From: Nitrospirota bacterium
GTDB taxonomy: Bacteria; Nitrospirota; Nitrospiria; SBBL01; JAADHI01
Assembly (NCBI GenBank): GCA_029261165.1
Contig: JAJDBV010000061.1
Span: forward strand, 1,731-65,730
Length of the DNA stretch: 64,000 bases
Direction: 5' to 3'
Positions 10,834 through 22,624 of this stretch are shown in pieces. Both the position numbers and the translations under genes were made by a program. A model generated the notes under the pieces. That model had not been told where the DNA came from and did not search any database. It was given only the letters and a program-made list of their open reading frames with translations. Positions within the stretch are counted from its first letter, which is position 1; every line of letters begins with the position of its first letter.

Positions 10834-10974
10834 TGTTACTATCCAGAACGCCCCTCTTTTACTTCATGTCTGTGTTGCTGTGGTGCTCCAATGCTCACGT
10901 ATGTATATACGCTGCGCTTGTCCGCTCCTCTTGCCTTGTCCTGAAGCAAAACTGTGGCGTTCTGAATAGTAACA
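10834..10974. mobile_element. ~140-bp MITE-like structured repeat, copy B
   Basis: 19-bp terminal inverted repeat with one mismatch (TGTTACTATCCAGAACGCC ... GGCGTTCTGAATAGTAACA). Core is homologous to copy A. Confidence 0.78.
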
Positions 10975-10995
10975 TTTTTTCTATCGTTGCGGAAA

Positions 10996-12468
<1,473 letters not shown>

Positions 12469-12553
12469 TCAGTCTTTCGTTATAGAAAAGTTGATATTAC
12501 CTAGCATAAACGGTGAATAAGGTCAAGGAAACACTCACATCAGGGTCGCTGAA

Positions 12554-13921
12554 TCAGTTAGCCAAAGAACCCCTGGCCAAGTCCTGATCTGTGCGGATGA
12601 CAAGCCCTTGCAGAGGTGACTCCACCTGAAGGGGACCCCGAGTGCCGATTGCCTCAGATTGCAACCAGATCCTCTCCGGCGGAAGTTCATAACGTAAAAG
12701 ATCCTCGAGAAGGTTTGGAGACGGCGACCCGCCTGGATCGGAGGTAAGAAGGTAGAAGTCGAATTTCGACTGGTTTAATTCAAGGAGATCGAGAGAAGTA
12801 TCAGTCAGCCCTTTCAAGGGATCTACCAGGATAAAATGGGGAATCTCAATGCCAAATTGTATTTCCGGGCGAACTGATTTGACTGTATTTCGGAGATCTT
12901 TCAAGACCTTGTTAATGTAACGGCTTCGCCACCCGACCCAGTGCCAGAATTGTGCCTCCCCGGGAAGGAAACGCTTCTTGTCCGATATTTTATCAGGACT
13001 TTCGATCATTCGAAAAGGGATGGGCCGCTCCAGGAATAGATCCTCATATTGATTTTGGGCATGCGAGGTCCATCCTTCATCAGGCCCATAGGAGATCTCT
13101 TCAACATAGATACCATCAAATGGATATTGTGCAAGACGATGGTAGATCTGAAGGAGAACACTGGAAACATCCTCGTTAAAAATATCAAGCTTGCTCAATG
13201 GACGTAAGGTTTCTCCATCTTTTTCATAGCCCTGATCACGCCATTGCGGTCTCCTGTCACTCACTGTACGAATTTCACGAAAGTCCATTCTCGCAATGAC
13301 ACGAAGACCGTCCCGATGCACGGTATGAATCCACCTTAAAAGAGATCCTTCATCCCTTCGCTGACCTCCAGACAAAACAAATCGTCCTAATGGCACGCTA
13401 TATGTCACCGGAAAGATGAGTGTATTGACCCCTTTGTCTTTTAAGGCATGGATCTCCAATTCAAAAAAATCCTGCAGGCCCGGATCAAGCGTGGCCGCGA
13501 TCGTTTTTTTATGGAGCGGGTCAAGACGAAAGAGAAAAGCCTGAGCAAGTTCTTCATGGGGGCTATTTGTATAATTTTGCAAAAAAGATCTAAGTTCCCC
13601 AAGCGCCAATGTCTTCTCTCCAGCACCCAGGTAGGAATTGACCAGAAACCACTGTGCCTCTTCCAGTATCGCTGCGCCGGGGTATGCCTCAATGACATCC
13701 TGAAGAATCGGAATCGCTTCCTCATATCTCCCCTCCCGATGCGCATCGATTCCCCTCAGCAAATCATTCCATGCGCGGTCATCAAATCGCTTGATCGAAC
13801 GAATACAACCGCTTAATACGAACAGCAGTGCGAGGAATGTAAGTGTCTGTCTGACAAAAACAGAGGATTGGAAGAACCCCGCTCTGGAAGAACGGGGATT
13901 GTGCTCGCTATGCCTATTCAT
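12554..13921 (-). CDS. Lipoprotein with a BamD/TPR-like N-terminal domain and a putative glycoside-hydrolase-like domain
   Basis: Lipobox LSGC, TPR pattern YEEAIPILQDVIEAYP, TIM-barrel-like motifs (GVNTLIF, HRDGLRVIARM, YPFDGIY). Confidence 0.65.
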   Translation of the reverse strand: MNRHSEHNPRSSRAGFFQSSVFVRQTLTFLALLFVLSGCIRSIKRFDDRAWNDLLRGIDAHREGRYEEAIPILQDVIEAYPGAAILEEAQWFLVNSYLGAGEKTLALGELRSFLQNYTNSPHEELAQAFLFRLDPLHKKTIAATLDPGLQDFFELEIHALKDKGVNTLIFPVTYSVPLGRFVLSGGQRRDEGSLLRWIHTVHRDGLRVIARMDFREIRTVSDRRPQWRDQGYEKDGETLRPLSKLDIFNEDVSSVLLQIYHRLAQYPFDGIYVEEISYGPDEGWTSHAQNQYEDLFLERPIPFRMIESPDKISDKKRFLPGEAQFWHWVGWRSRYINKVLKDLRNTVKSVRPEIQFGIEIPHFILVDPLKGLTDTSLDLLELNQSKFDFYLLTSDPGGSPSPNLLEDLLRYELPPERIWLQSEAIGTRGPLQVESPLQGLVIRTDQDLARGSLAN

Positions 13922-15396
13922 TTTGATTTCTCTATCACATCCGCAAGAGTCTTTGCGGCCAGGAAAGAAGCACCGCCCCCAATGGGTTCGAAAAAATCTG
14001 ACGGGAGGAGGAAAAGGTTTCTTCCTTCTCTCGGTTGTAGATAATTCAATAGGCCATTCGAGATAGGCTTGGCCTTATCTCCTAAACGATGCTCAAGCGC
14101 CTTCGGGAGGAGTCTCACCGCATCCTCGCCAGCCGGTTGTGGTATCGTTTCACCGGCCTCTTCAATGATTCCCTTTGAAAAAGGGATTAACCCGTGGAGA
14201 CGATCAAGAACTCTTTTTCTTAGGTCTTTAAGCCTGGCTGGATCAATCTGCGTTCCAGGCTGCATCATGGCTGTGACGGAGAGTCCCCGGACCCCTTTGC
14301 GGAAGCCTTCTTCCTCTTGAGGCAGACTGAGACGGACGATTAGGGCATCAATGAAGTTCTCTGGGGGGGGCTTCTCCCATGTCATCACCAGAGTCTCCTT
14401 CATTGGGGAAGGGATGATTTCCTCTCGAATATAATAATAAAAGTGAAGCGTTGCATTGGGTTTAGATTGAGAAACCGTGAACTGTCTGCCCTTGAGAAAA
14501 GATCCATCGTCCAGTCTCAGTCCTTCGACAATTCTTCTCCCTTTCATTTCGACATCCAATACTTTTTTATTTTTTAGAATTTCTCCTCCCCACCTAAGGA
14601 TCAGGTTCCGGAGAAAATCGATCACGGTTCGACACCCCCCGAGCACCCGGACACCTCCCCTCTGAAGTCCTGAGACCAGAATGATGAGGTCATAAGCAGA
14701 GATGTCAGACAGATGTTTCCTATAAGCGAAAAGGGCGTGGAGATCGAGATAATCAAGGAAGGGTTTATTAAATAAATACGGCTCCAAAAAATCAAGCGCC
14801 GTTTTACGTTGATAGCGACCAAGCATATTTGCAAAATCACGCCTCTGGCCCCATTCATTCAGGCGATCACCGACCCCTTGGAGTTCAAGTTGGGAAAATC
14901 GGCCAAGGAAAGGATAAAGTAAGAGATAAATCCGCTCAACTTCTTTTAGATAAGCTTTGATCTCTTTAATCTGTCCCCCAAACTCTCTTTTCAGTTCGTC
15001 ACCATAGTCTTCTTTTCCCGCGTAAACATTCAGACGATGGGTAGATTGTATGACCTGTAAAGATGGATTACATTTTTGGTAGACAAGACCGTCTTTCTTT
15101 AAATTGGGGATCGGAAGACTCAACTCAGAAAAAAAACCTTCCATTGCGCCTCCCTTCTCAAATCCGAAATAGAGATAGGGACCCAGGGCGTAATAGAATG
15201 CTTCGTCCGGAACAGTCCTTTCCCGCATTTCTGTCGTATCAAGGAAACAGACCGACCGCCCTCTTTTGCTTAAGAGAGCCGCTGCGGAAAGTGAAACCAG
15301 CCCGTTCCCGACGAAAATGGCATCATAGTGTTTGTTGTTGATTCGCCCTGAGCCTGCGGCAAATTGTGGCCTATGTCGGTTCTCGCTTTGTGACAC
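13918..15396 (-). CDS. Phytoene-dehydrogenase-like FAD-dependent oxidoreductase
   Basis: Rossmann start YDAIFVGNGLVSLSAAALL (degenerate GxGxxG) and a later GG...L...GGEIL...V segment. Confidence 0.65.
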   Translation of the reverse strand: MSQSENRHRPQFAAGSGRINNKHYDAIFVGNGLVSLSAAALLSKRGRSVCFLDTTEMRERTVPDEAFYYALGPYLYFGFEKGGAMEGFFSELSLPIPNLKKDGLVYQKCNPSLQVIQSTHRLNVYAGKEDYGDELKREFGGQIKEIKAYLKEVERIYLLLYPFLGRFSQLELQGVGDRLNEWGQRRDFANMLGRYQRKTALDFLEPYLFNKPFLDYLDLHALFAYRKHLSDISAYDLIILVSGLQRGGVRVLGGCRTVIDFLRNLILRWGGEILKNKKVLDVEMKGRRIVEGLRLDDGSFLKGRQFTVSQSKPNATLHFYYYIREEIIPSPMKETLVMTWEKPPPENFIDALIVRLSLPQEEEGFRKGVRGLSVTAMMQPGTQIDPARLKDLRKRVLDRLHGLIPFSKGIIEEAGETIPQPAGEDAVRLLPKALEHRLGDKAKPISNGLLNYLQPREGRNLFLLPSDFFEPIGGGASFLAAKTLADVIEKSK

Positions 15397-15420
15397 GGCA
15401 CTTTTCCCTTCCGGATCAGG

Positions 15421-15840
15421 TTATCCGTTGAGCGCCAACTGACTGAAGAAATAAGGGATCTCAAAGTCAGCAGATTCCTTTGAGTCAGATCCATGAACGA
15501 TATTTTCTTCGATACTTCCGGCTAAATCTGCGCGGATACTCCCCGCTTCGGCCTGCTTCGGGTCGGTCGCTCCCATCAGAGATCGGTTCTTTAAGATCGC
15601 CCCCTCCCCTTCAAGAACCAGGGCGACAAGGGGTCCTGAAGACATAAAGGTCACCAGGCTGCTAAAGAATCCTCTTTCCCGGTGAACGGCATAAAAACCT
15701 TCTGCTTCTTTTTTTGTCAGGGTTCTCATTTGAATCGCAATCACCTTGAGATTTGCCGCTTCAAATCGACGAATCACATCACCGATTACATTCTTGGAAA
15801 CCCCATCCGGCTTGATCATTGAAAGTGTTCGTTCCGTCAT
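15421..15840 (-). CDS. ndk: Nucleoside diphosphate kinase
   Basis: [22 protein letters not shown] and NIVHGSDS. Confidence 0.97.
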   Translation of the reverse strand: MTERTLSMIKPDGVSKNVIGDVIRRFEAANLKVIAIQMRTLTKKEAEGFYAVHRERGFFSSLVTFMSSGPLVALVLEGEGAILKNRSLMGATDPKQAEAGSIRADLAGSIEENIVHGSDSKESADFEIPYFFSQLALNG

Positions 15841-15940
15841 ATCTCCTCCTCATTTTCCGTAATTAAACGATTGACCACCCTATCCCGCTCCCTTTGAGCG
15901 TGGAATAATAAAACAAATACAGTGCCAAGCGCAGACAATC

Positions 15941-17140
15941 CTATCCTGTCAGCGTATATCGAATCTTCTTCCCGACTTTCAAATCAAATCGTTCTCCCTT
16001 GACGGGAATAATCTCATAATTCGGGTCTGTTATTTTATTTCCGTTGAGTTCCACCGCCCCTTGTTGAACAAGCCGTCGTGCCTCTCCTTTGCTTTTTGTC
16101 CAAGCCTGTTCATAGAGCAAGTCGATCACCCTCTTCGGCGTCAAGGACAACTTGAGCTCTAATTCATGCCCCCCTGGCGCTTTTCTGCCGACTGTGACAT
16201 CAAATTGATCCGCCGCCTCACGCGCATGATCCGCACCATGGAAGCGATTGACGAGTAGAGAAGCCAATTTCAGTTTTGCTTCCATCGGGTGAATGTTTCG
16301 CAACTCATCCAAAGAGACTTCGGTTAATAACTCATAGAATCGATGCATCAATTTGTCGGAAACAGACATGATCTTTCCAAACATATCAGACGGTTTGCCT
16401 TCCAGAGCGATTTCATTTCCAAAGCTCTTGCTCATTTTTCGCACACCATCTGTTCCCTCAAGGAGCGGCATGGTCAGAACCACCTGTTGTGGCTGTCCAT
16501 CCATTTTTTGTAAAGCACGCCCTACCAGGAGGTTGAATTTTTGGTCAGTTCCCCCCAATTCCACATCGGCCTTTAAAACAACGGAATCATACCCTTGAAT
16601 CAAGGGGTACAGGAATTCATGTATCCCGATTGGATATTTTGCATTAAATCTCTTTTGGAAATCGTCCCGCTCGATAATCCGGGCCACCGTATACTTAGAG
16701 GCCAGATCGATCAGATCTACAGCCGACATTTCACCCATCCACTCGCTGTTATATCGAATCTCTGTTTTATCCGGATCGAGTATTTTAAAGATCTGTTCTT
16801 TGTAGGTTTCCGCATTTTTTGTGACCTGTTCCGGGGTGAGCGGCACACGCATCTGAGACCGTCCACTCGGATCACCGATCATTCCGGTAAAATCACCGAT
16901 GAGGAAGATCACCTCATGTCCCAGATCCTGGAACTGTTTCATCTTCTGAAAGAGAACCGTGTGTCCCAGATGAAGGTAGGGGGCGGTCGGATCAACACCC
17001 AGTTTTATTCTGAGCGGCTTGTTTTCAACAATTGATTTATTAAGCTTTTCTAAGAAGTTATCACGCTGAATAACCTCTACTGCTCCGCGACAAAGAAGTG
17101 CTTCCTGCGCTTTGGCCTCAACCGAAGTTTTTTTAATCAT
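15941..17140 (-). CDS. tyrS: Tyrosine--tRNA ligase
   Basis: [32 protein letters not shown] and a C-terminal S4 domain. ATG 17140 preferred as start. Confidence 0.96.
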   Translation of the reverse strand: MIKKTSVEAKAQEALLCRGAVEVIQRDNFLEKLNKSIVENKPLRIKLGVDPTAPYLHLGHTVLFQKMKQFQDLGHEVIFLIGDFTGMIGDPSGRSQMRVPLTPEQVTKNAETYKEQIFKILDPDKTEIRYNSEWMGEMSAVDLIDLASKYTVARIIERDDFQKRFNAKYPIGIHEFLYPLIQGYDSVVLKADVELGGTDQKFNLLVGRALQKMDGQPQQVVLTMPLLEGTDGVRKMSKSFGNEIALEGKPSDMFGKIMSVSDKLMHRFYELLTEVSLDELRNIHPMEAKLKLASLLVNRFHGADHAREAADQFDVTVGRKAPGGHELELKLSLTPKRVIDLLYEQAWTKSKGEARRLVQQGAVELNGNKITDPNYEIIPVKGERFDLKVGKKIRYTLTG

Positions 17141-17582
17141 TTTTTTCCGAATCAAAAAGAAGGTAAGGGCTTATCTTTTCCAGCCGTTTTGGACCAATGC
17201 CTTTGACTCGAAGTAGATCATCGGCTTGATGAAACGACCCCTTTTTAAGTCGATCCTGCATGATCGCATCTGCCAGTTTTGGCCCAATACCTGGAAGGGA
17301 TTCAAGTTCTTTTTGAGAGGCACGATTGACATCAATCGTTTTAAAAATACGCGCTTTCCTCGCTACAGGACGACTGGATTGAGAAGAGACGGTTAAAACA
17401 GAATTCCGAGAAGCCTGAAGCAACAACAGAGGCCTCTGTCGTTCAGCCCAGAATTTAAAAGCGAAAACAAAGGATAAAACGATGAAGAGTATTCCAAATT
17501 TAAGAAGGGAAGGTTCCTTGGTAATGAAGCGGATGGAACGAAATAAGCTCTTAATGTTCCTCCTTCTGGAGAAAAGTCTCAT
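17133..17582 (-). CDS. comEA: ComEA-type helix-hairpin-helix DNA-binding protein (start uncertain)
   Basis: TM anchor followed by IDVNRAS..EL.SLPGIGP.LA and L.RVKGIGP. Confidence 0.85.
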   Translation of the reverse strand: MRLFSRRRNIKSLFRSIRFITKEPSLLKFGILFIVLSFVFAFKFWAERQRPLLLLQASRNSVLTVSSQSSRPVARKARIFKTIDVNRASQKELESLPGIGPKLADAIMQDRLKKGSFHQADDLLRVKGIGPKRLEKISPYLLFDSEKND

Positions 17583-17937
17583 AATCCTCGTCCGTCATCA
17601 ATTGTTCCAGCTCTTTGGGTTGGTTCATCTCAATCGCTACAATCCAACCATCATGATAGGCATCCTGGTTAATCAATTCCGGCTTGTCTTCCAAGACCTC
17701 GTTGATAGAAACAATTGTACCTCCGACAGGCGCATACAACGGAGATGTTGTTTTGGTTGACTCAATCTCTGTAATCTCGTCCCCGACCTTAACGACCAGT
17801 CCAAGCTTTGGCATCTCCAGATAAACAATGTCCCCCAGGTTTTCCTGGGCGAAATCCGAAATCCCGACAACAGCCCTTTTCCCGTTGGCCCTAACCCACT
17901 CGTGGTCTTTATGATAGCGAAGATCTTCTGGAATCAT
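17551..17937 (-). CDS. gcvH: Glycine cleavage system H (lipoyl-carrier) protein
   Basis: PEDLRY.KDHEWV, GISDFAQ..LGDIV, lipoyl Lys in IESTKT, PELIN.D.Y. Confidence 0.95.
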   Translation of the reverse strand: MIPEDLRYHKDHEWVRANGKRAVVGISDFAQENLGDIVYLEMPKLGLVVKVGDEITEIESTKTTSPLYAPVGGTIVSINEVLEDKPELINQDAYHDGWIVAIEMNQPKELEQLMTDEDYETFLQKEEH

Positions 17938-18027
17938 TCATTTTTCCCGGAAATTGGAAATAAGATATAAACTAGAGTAGGGCATTTTGTCAAGGACTTT
18001 GCCTCCCACTCCTCCGGGAAGGACAGG

Positions 18028-19017
18028 TCAGTCCTCGCGGTGTGTATTCAAACAGGCCTCAGCGTGCTCAACATCCTTCTTGCTCCCAATAATCAGCGGG
18101 ACCCTTTGATGCAGCTTTTCCGGGATAAGGTCAAGGATGGCACCCTTCCCTGTCGTCGCCTTTCCTCCGGCCTGTTCGACAATGTAGGCAAGCGGAGAAG
18201 CTTCATAGAGGAGCCGGAGTTTTCCATCCGGATTTCTACTATCCGCCGGATAAAGAAAGATACCCCCCTTCAATAGATTTCGGTGAAAGTCGGCAACGAG
18301 CGAGCCGACATAACGGGCGGTCTTCTCCCCCTTTTTAGCCTCTTCGACATACTTTCGGGTCCCTTCATCCCAATGCGAGGTATAGGCCTCATTAATGCTG
18401 TAAATCTTTCCTTCCTCCGGAATTCTCATATTTTCATGAGAAAGGAGAAACTCCCCGATGCCGGGGTCAAGCGTAAACCCATGAACACCGTAACCGGTTG
18501 TGTAGATCAGCATGGTACTTGAGCCATAAAGGACATAACCGGCACAAACCTGGAGGCGGCCTGATTGAAGGAAATCTTCCATCGTCGCCCGTCCCCCATC
18601 ACTTTTGCGCCGATAGATCGAAAAAATCGACCCGATGCTGATATTCACATCAATATTCGATGATCCATCCAAGGGGTCCATCAGGAGGACATACTTCCCT
18701 TTTGGGGATATTTCAGAGACCTGGTAGGGGTCCTCCATTTCTTCCGACACAATCGCGATGAGTTGTTTTGCCGGACTCAATGTCTGGATGAAGGTATCAT
18801 TGGCAAAAAGATCAAGTTTTTGTACCTGTTCGCCATGAACATTTTGCCCGCCCTGATAACCGAGGATGTCGTTTAATCCGGCCTTATTGATTTCCCGTGA
18901 AATGACCTTTGCGGCTGTGGCAATATCAACCAGTAATCCAGTAAACTCCCCGCTGGCTTCCTTGAATTTCCATTGCTCTTCGATTAAGAACTGCGTCAGC
19001 GTAGAACCCAACTCCAT
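18028..19017 (-). CDS. fbp: Class 1 fructose-1,6-bisphosphatase
   Basis: SEE, DPLDGSSNID, ARYVGSLVADFHR and GKLRLLYE. Confidence 0.96.
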   Translation of the reverse strand: MELGSTLTQFLIEEQWKFKEASGEFTGLLVDIATAAKVISREINKAGLNDILGYQGGQNVHGEQVQKLDLFANDTFIQTLSPAKQLIAIVSEEMEDPYQVSEISPKGKYVLLMDPLDGSSNIDVNISIGSIFSIYRRKSDGGRATMEDFLQSGRLQVCAGYVLYGSSTMLIYTTGYGVHGFTLDPGIGEFLLSHENMRIPEEGKIYSINEAYTSHWDEGTRKYVEEAKKGEKTARYVGSLVADFHRNLLKGGIFLYPADSRNPDGKLRLLYEASPLAYIVEQAGGKATTGKGAILDLIPEKLHQRVPLIIGSKKDVEHAEACLNTHRED

Positions 19018-19071
19018 GAGACTCCCTCCCTCATTTTGCGCTTCCGTCTCCCACCATATTGATACAGCAGG

Positions 19072-19998
19072 TCAGCCGTCTAGAATACGCGCGCCCTGTC
19101 GGTCCATCTTTGTAATTCGAACCTCGGCAACAACATGATGGCGTTCAAATGCATGCGCCATTGCCTCTCCAACCTTTTCTCCTTCTTGCTTCGACTCGGT
19201 CACTGCAAAAAGTGTCGCACCGGCTCCTGAGATGGAGCAGCCCAAGGCCCCTGCAGAAAGAGCAGCTTTTTTTACATCAACAAAGCCTTTTATCAGCGGA
19301 CCGCGTGAAGGTTCCGCGACAAGGTCTTCAATAGACTGTCCAAACCGGACAGCATCATCCTTCGCCACAGCCCAGGAAATGATTGCCGCATGGGCCATAT
19401 TGGAGATAAATTGTTTCATTTCAATGGAAGAAGGGAGCGCACGCCTGGCATCCTTTGTTAAAAGGGGAAAATCAGGGGTCACAATGACAAGAACGGCTCG
19501 GTCGATACATCCAAGAGAGACCACCTCCTGTGTGAAGGGATTATTCCAAGTCACACCTCCCATCATGGATGGACCGATATTATCAAGGAAAAGGCCTCCG
19601 CTGACCCTGGACTCCGCGACGGCGGCAAGAGGGACCAGAGCATCCTTGGTTAAGGGATCTCCAAAGAGGGTATTGACAGCAACAGATGCTGCCACGGCGC
19701 TTGCCGCGCTGCTCCCGAGACCCGTTCCGGGAATATCCTTGTGAAGCGTTAAGTTCACCCCGTCGGAAGCACCCAGATGATCCAGGACCGCCTGCGCGGC
19801 AATTCCAGCCGTATTTTCATCGACCTGATATGAAAGCCGCCCCCCATCCCCAGTGATCTTGATGATCGACACGCCTTTATCGGCGCGTCTCGTCATCGAA
19901 ACCGTATCCCCAATGCCCGAAACCGCCATTCCCAATACATCAAATCCAGGACCGATATTACCGACAGATCCGGGTGCAAATATACTGATATTTTTCAT
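19072..19998 (-). CDS. thrB: Homoserine kinase (GHMP family)
   Basis: APGSVGNIGPGFDVLG, GLGSSAAS and ISGAG. Confidence 0.92.
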   Translation of the reverse strand: MKNISIFAPGSVGNIGPGFDVLGMAVSGIGDTVSMTRRADKGVSIIKITGDGGRLSYQVDENTAGIAAQAVLDHLGASDGVNLTLHKDIPGTGLGSSAASAVAASVAVNTLFGDPLTKDALVPLAAVAESRVSGGLFLDNIGPSMMGGVTWNNPFTQEVVSLGCIDRAVLVIVTPDFPLLTKDARRALPSSIEMKQFISNMAHAAIISWAVAKDDAVRFGQSIEDLVAEPSRGPLIKGFVDVKKAALSAGALGCSISGAGATLFAVTESKQEGEKVGEAMAHAFERHHVVAEVRITKMDRQGARILDG

Positions 19999-21032
19999 GA
20001 AGAAACCTGGTTTTTTATCGGAAAGGTATTAATCGCATCTATCATTTTGCGAAGTCGGCCAAAACTTTTTCTATCAAAACAAAAAACTATCCGGGGCAAT
20101 TTAATCAAGTCGGGCTCATCTTTCTCTTCCGGAAGGGCCTCGGTATCGGCGATCTTTCCTTTGAGACAGATCCCCGAAAAAATATCATTAAGATGGTCAA
20201 GCATCTCTCTTTGTACAGGATGATTTAATCGGACCACCATTTTGTCCCGGACAAACCGGATGGAGTGATAATTATGGTAGAAACGCACAATTTCATCAAC
20301 CGCCGCTCCGATATCATCTGTTACCTTGAAAAGACCCATGTCTGCTTTTGAAATGAGTTCACGAGAGAGGAATACCTCTTCCAGATATGTGCGCCATGCC
20401 TCCCAGTAACCCCCTCCAGGAACATCGACTAAAACCAGGGGCAAGGGATCCGTCTTTCCCGTCTGCAAGAGAGTCAATGCCTCAAATGCCTCATCGTGCG
20501 TACCAAATCCGCCCGGAAAAAGGGCGATGGCATTGGCCTCCTTGATAAAAAAAAGTTTCCGGGCAAAGAAATATTTAAAAGTCATCAACTTTGGATCGTT
20601 TTCAATAAATTCATTCGCGCCTTGCTCAAATGGAAGCATGATATTGACACCAAAACTATTTCCAGGACCCGCCCCATCCTGGGCCGCACGCATGATTCCC
20701 TCTCCCGCACCAGTGATCACCATAAATCCTTTTGATGCAATCTTTCTTGAAAATGCAGCCGCATGTTCATAAATCGGTTCCGATGTATTGCTGCGGGCCG
20801 AGCCGAAGACACTGACCTTTTTCCTGTTTTGATAAGGGGAAAAGAGCTTAAATCCATAGCGTATCTCTTTTAATGCCTGATGAATGATCTTAACATCCCC
20901 ACGCGCAGCACGATCCGTAGACAAACGAAGAGCAGTTGATATCATCTCGGAGATTAAATCTTCGTGTTCGAGATTTCCACCACTCAATTCTATTAATTTT
21001 CGAATCTGATCCCGAAGCGCCCGATTATTCAT
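19995..21032 (-). CDS. LOG family (TIGR00730-like) nucleotide phosphoribohydrolase
   Basis: VSVFGSAR, ITGAG.GIM, FFARK and PGGFGTHDE. Confidence 0.9.
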   Translation of the reverse strand: MNNRALRDQIRKLIELSGGNLEHEDLISEMISTALRLSTDRAARGDVKIIHQALKEIRYGFKLFSPYQNRKKVSVFGSARSNTSEPIYEHAAAFSRKIASKGFMVITGAGEGIMRAAQDGAGPGNSFGVNIMLPFEQGANEFIENDPKLMTFKYFFARKLFFIKEANAIALFPGGFGTHDEAFEALTLLQTGKTDPLPLVLVDVPGGGYWEAWRTYLEEVFLSRELISKADMGLFKVTDDIGAAVDEIVRFYHNYHSIRFVRDKMVVRLNHPVQREMLDHLNDIFSGICLKGKIADTEALPEEKDEPDLIKLPRIVFCFDRKSFGRLRKMIDAINTFPIKNQVSS

Positions 21033-21157
21033 CAGCCTCTATTTTCACCTCACGAAAAATGACCCAAGATTTTTCTATTATTTCCTAATGATACGTATCT
21101 GTCAACAATCCGTTTGATCCAACATTTCTCACTTGTAATCTGGGGCTTTCTTTCTTT

Positions 21158-22585
21158 TTATTCCAACTGATAGACCTTGATGAGATCGGTTGGGGCAGCG
21201 TCCCTTTTTTTTTGACCGTGACGCGGCGACTGGGAAACCATCACCATGAGATCTCCCCTTTTGGCCAGCTTTCCCCGTTTAACCTCATAAACCATTTTAT
21301 CGAAAATATCATCCACCGCTTTTAACATTGACATTCTCCGAGGCGTCACTCCCCAGAAAAGACTCATTCGACGTTCCACTTCTGGATCCGGAGTAAACGC
21401 CAGAATTGGAACCTTGGGCCGATATTTCGAAAGCCGGAGGGCAGAACTGCCTGAGAGCGTCGATGTCACAATTGCTTTCGTGTCCATTTGAGAGGCAAGA
21501 TGGCAAGCTGTATTGCTCACTGCTTCTGGAAGGGAGAGTTCCCCCGTCGATGGGAGAAACCGGTCTGGAGGCCGCTCTTCAGCGGCAAGAATGGTCCGGC
21601 TCATCATCTGAACGGCTTTAACCGGATGTTTTCCTGAAGCCGTTTCAGCGGAAAGCATGACGGCATCTGTCCCATCAAAAACAGCATTCGCCACATCTGA
21701 GACCTCGGCACGTGTTGGCCTGGCCTGCACAATCATAGACTCCAGCATTTGGGTCGCTGTAATAACAGGGATATGGACATCGTTGGCCTTTTTTATAATT
21801 TCTTTCTGGAGAAGCGGAACCCGCTCCAGAGGAATCTCGACACCGAGATCACCTCTCGCGACCATCACACCATCCGCCACATTCAAGATATCATCCAGGT
21901 GCTCTATCGCCATCGCCTGCTCCAGCTTTGCAATAATCGGAACCTGGCACCCATGTTTTCGGATCAAACGCTTTACCAAAGTAATATCCTGAGCCGTTCG
22001 GACCATGGATACAGCGATGTAATCAACACCGTGTGCCAGACCGAAGGCCAGATCTCTCTTATCCTTCGCGGTCAGGGATCTGAGTCCTAACTCTCTTCCG
22101 GGGACGTTTACCCCTTTATGCGGCTGCAGAATGCCCCCATCAACCACCCGGCAATAAATATCCCCATCTTTGATTTTTAGGACACGGAGGTTGATTTGGC
22201 CGTCGTTGATTAAGATGTGGTCGTTTCGGTGGACTTTATCGGACAAGGCCGGATAATCGGTTGAAACGGCAGAACCCGTTCCTGGAACCAAGCGTTTCGT
22301 GATCACAAAAGAAGCATTCCTTTTTAATCGATAGGCTTCCTCCTGGAGTTGCCCAATGCGTATCTTCGGACCTTGGAGATCCTGGACAATGGCAGTTGGT
22401 TTTCCTGTTTTTTTTGAAACCCGACGGATTCGGCGGATCGACTCCGCATGTTCCTTCAGAAGGCCGTGTGAAAAGTTAAGACGAAAAACGTCAGCCCCCG
22501 CCTGAACAAGTTGAGAAATCATTTCTTCTGAAGAGGTCGCTGGTCCCAGCGTACAGATAATTTTAACTTTTCGCCTTTTTTTCAC
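21158..22585 (-). CDS. pyk: Pyruvate kinase
   Basis: KIICTLGP, RLNFSHG, DLQGPKIR, MVARGDLGVE and TQMLESM. Confidence 0.97.
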   Translation of the reverse strand: MKKRRKVKIICTLGPATSSEEMISQLVQAGADVFRLNFSHGLLKEHAESIRRIRRVSKKTGKPTAIVQDLQGPKIRIGQLQEEAYRLKRNASFVITKRLVPGTGSAVSTDYPALSDKVHRNDHILINDGQINLRVLKIKDGDIYCRVVDGGILQPHKGVNVPGRELGLRSLTAKDKRDLAFGLAHGVDYIAVSMVRTAQDITLVKRLIRKHGCQVPIIAKLEQAMAIEHLDDILNVADGVMVARGDLGVEIPLERVPLLQKEIIKKANDVHIPVITATQMLESMIVQARPTRAEVSDVANAVFDGTDAVMLSAETASGKHPVKAVQMMSRTILAAEERPPDRFLPSTGELSLPEAVSNTACHLASQMDTKAIVTSTLSGSSALRLSKYRPKVPILAFTPDPEVERRMSLFWGVTPRRMSMLKAVDDIFDKMVYEVKRGKLAKRGDLMVMVSQSPRHGQKKRDAAPTDLIKVYQLE

Positions 22586-22624
22586 AACGGGTTCACTGCC
22601 ATGCGCTTCAGGAAGGAGATTCCT

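Noticed and set aside
15911-15928. Possible sigma54 promoter upstream of ndk (TTGGCAC-N5-TTGT, minus strand)
   Set aside because: The -12 element is GT rather than the near-invariant GC.
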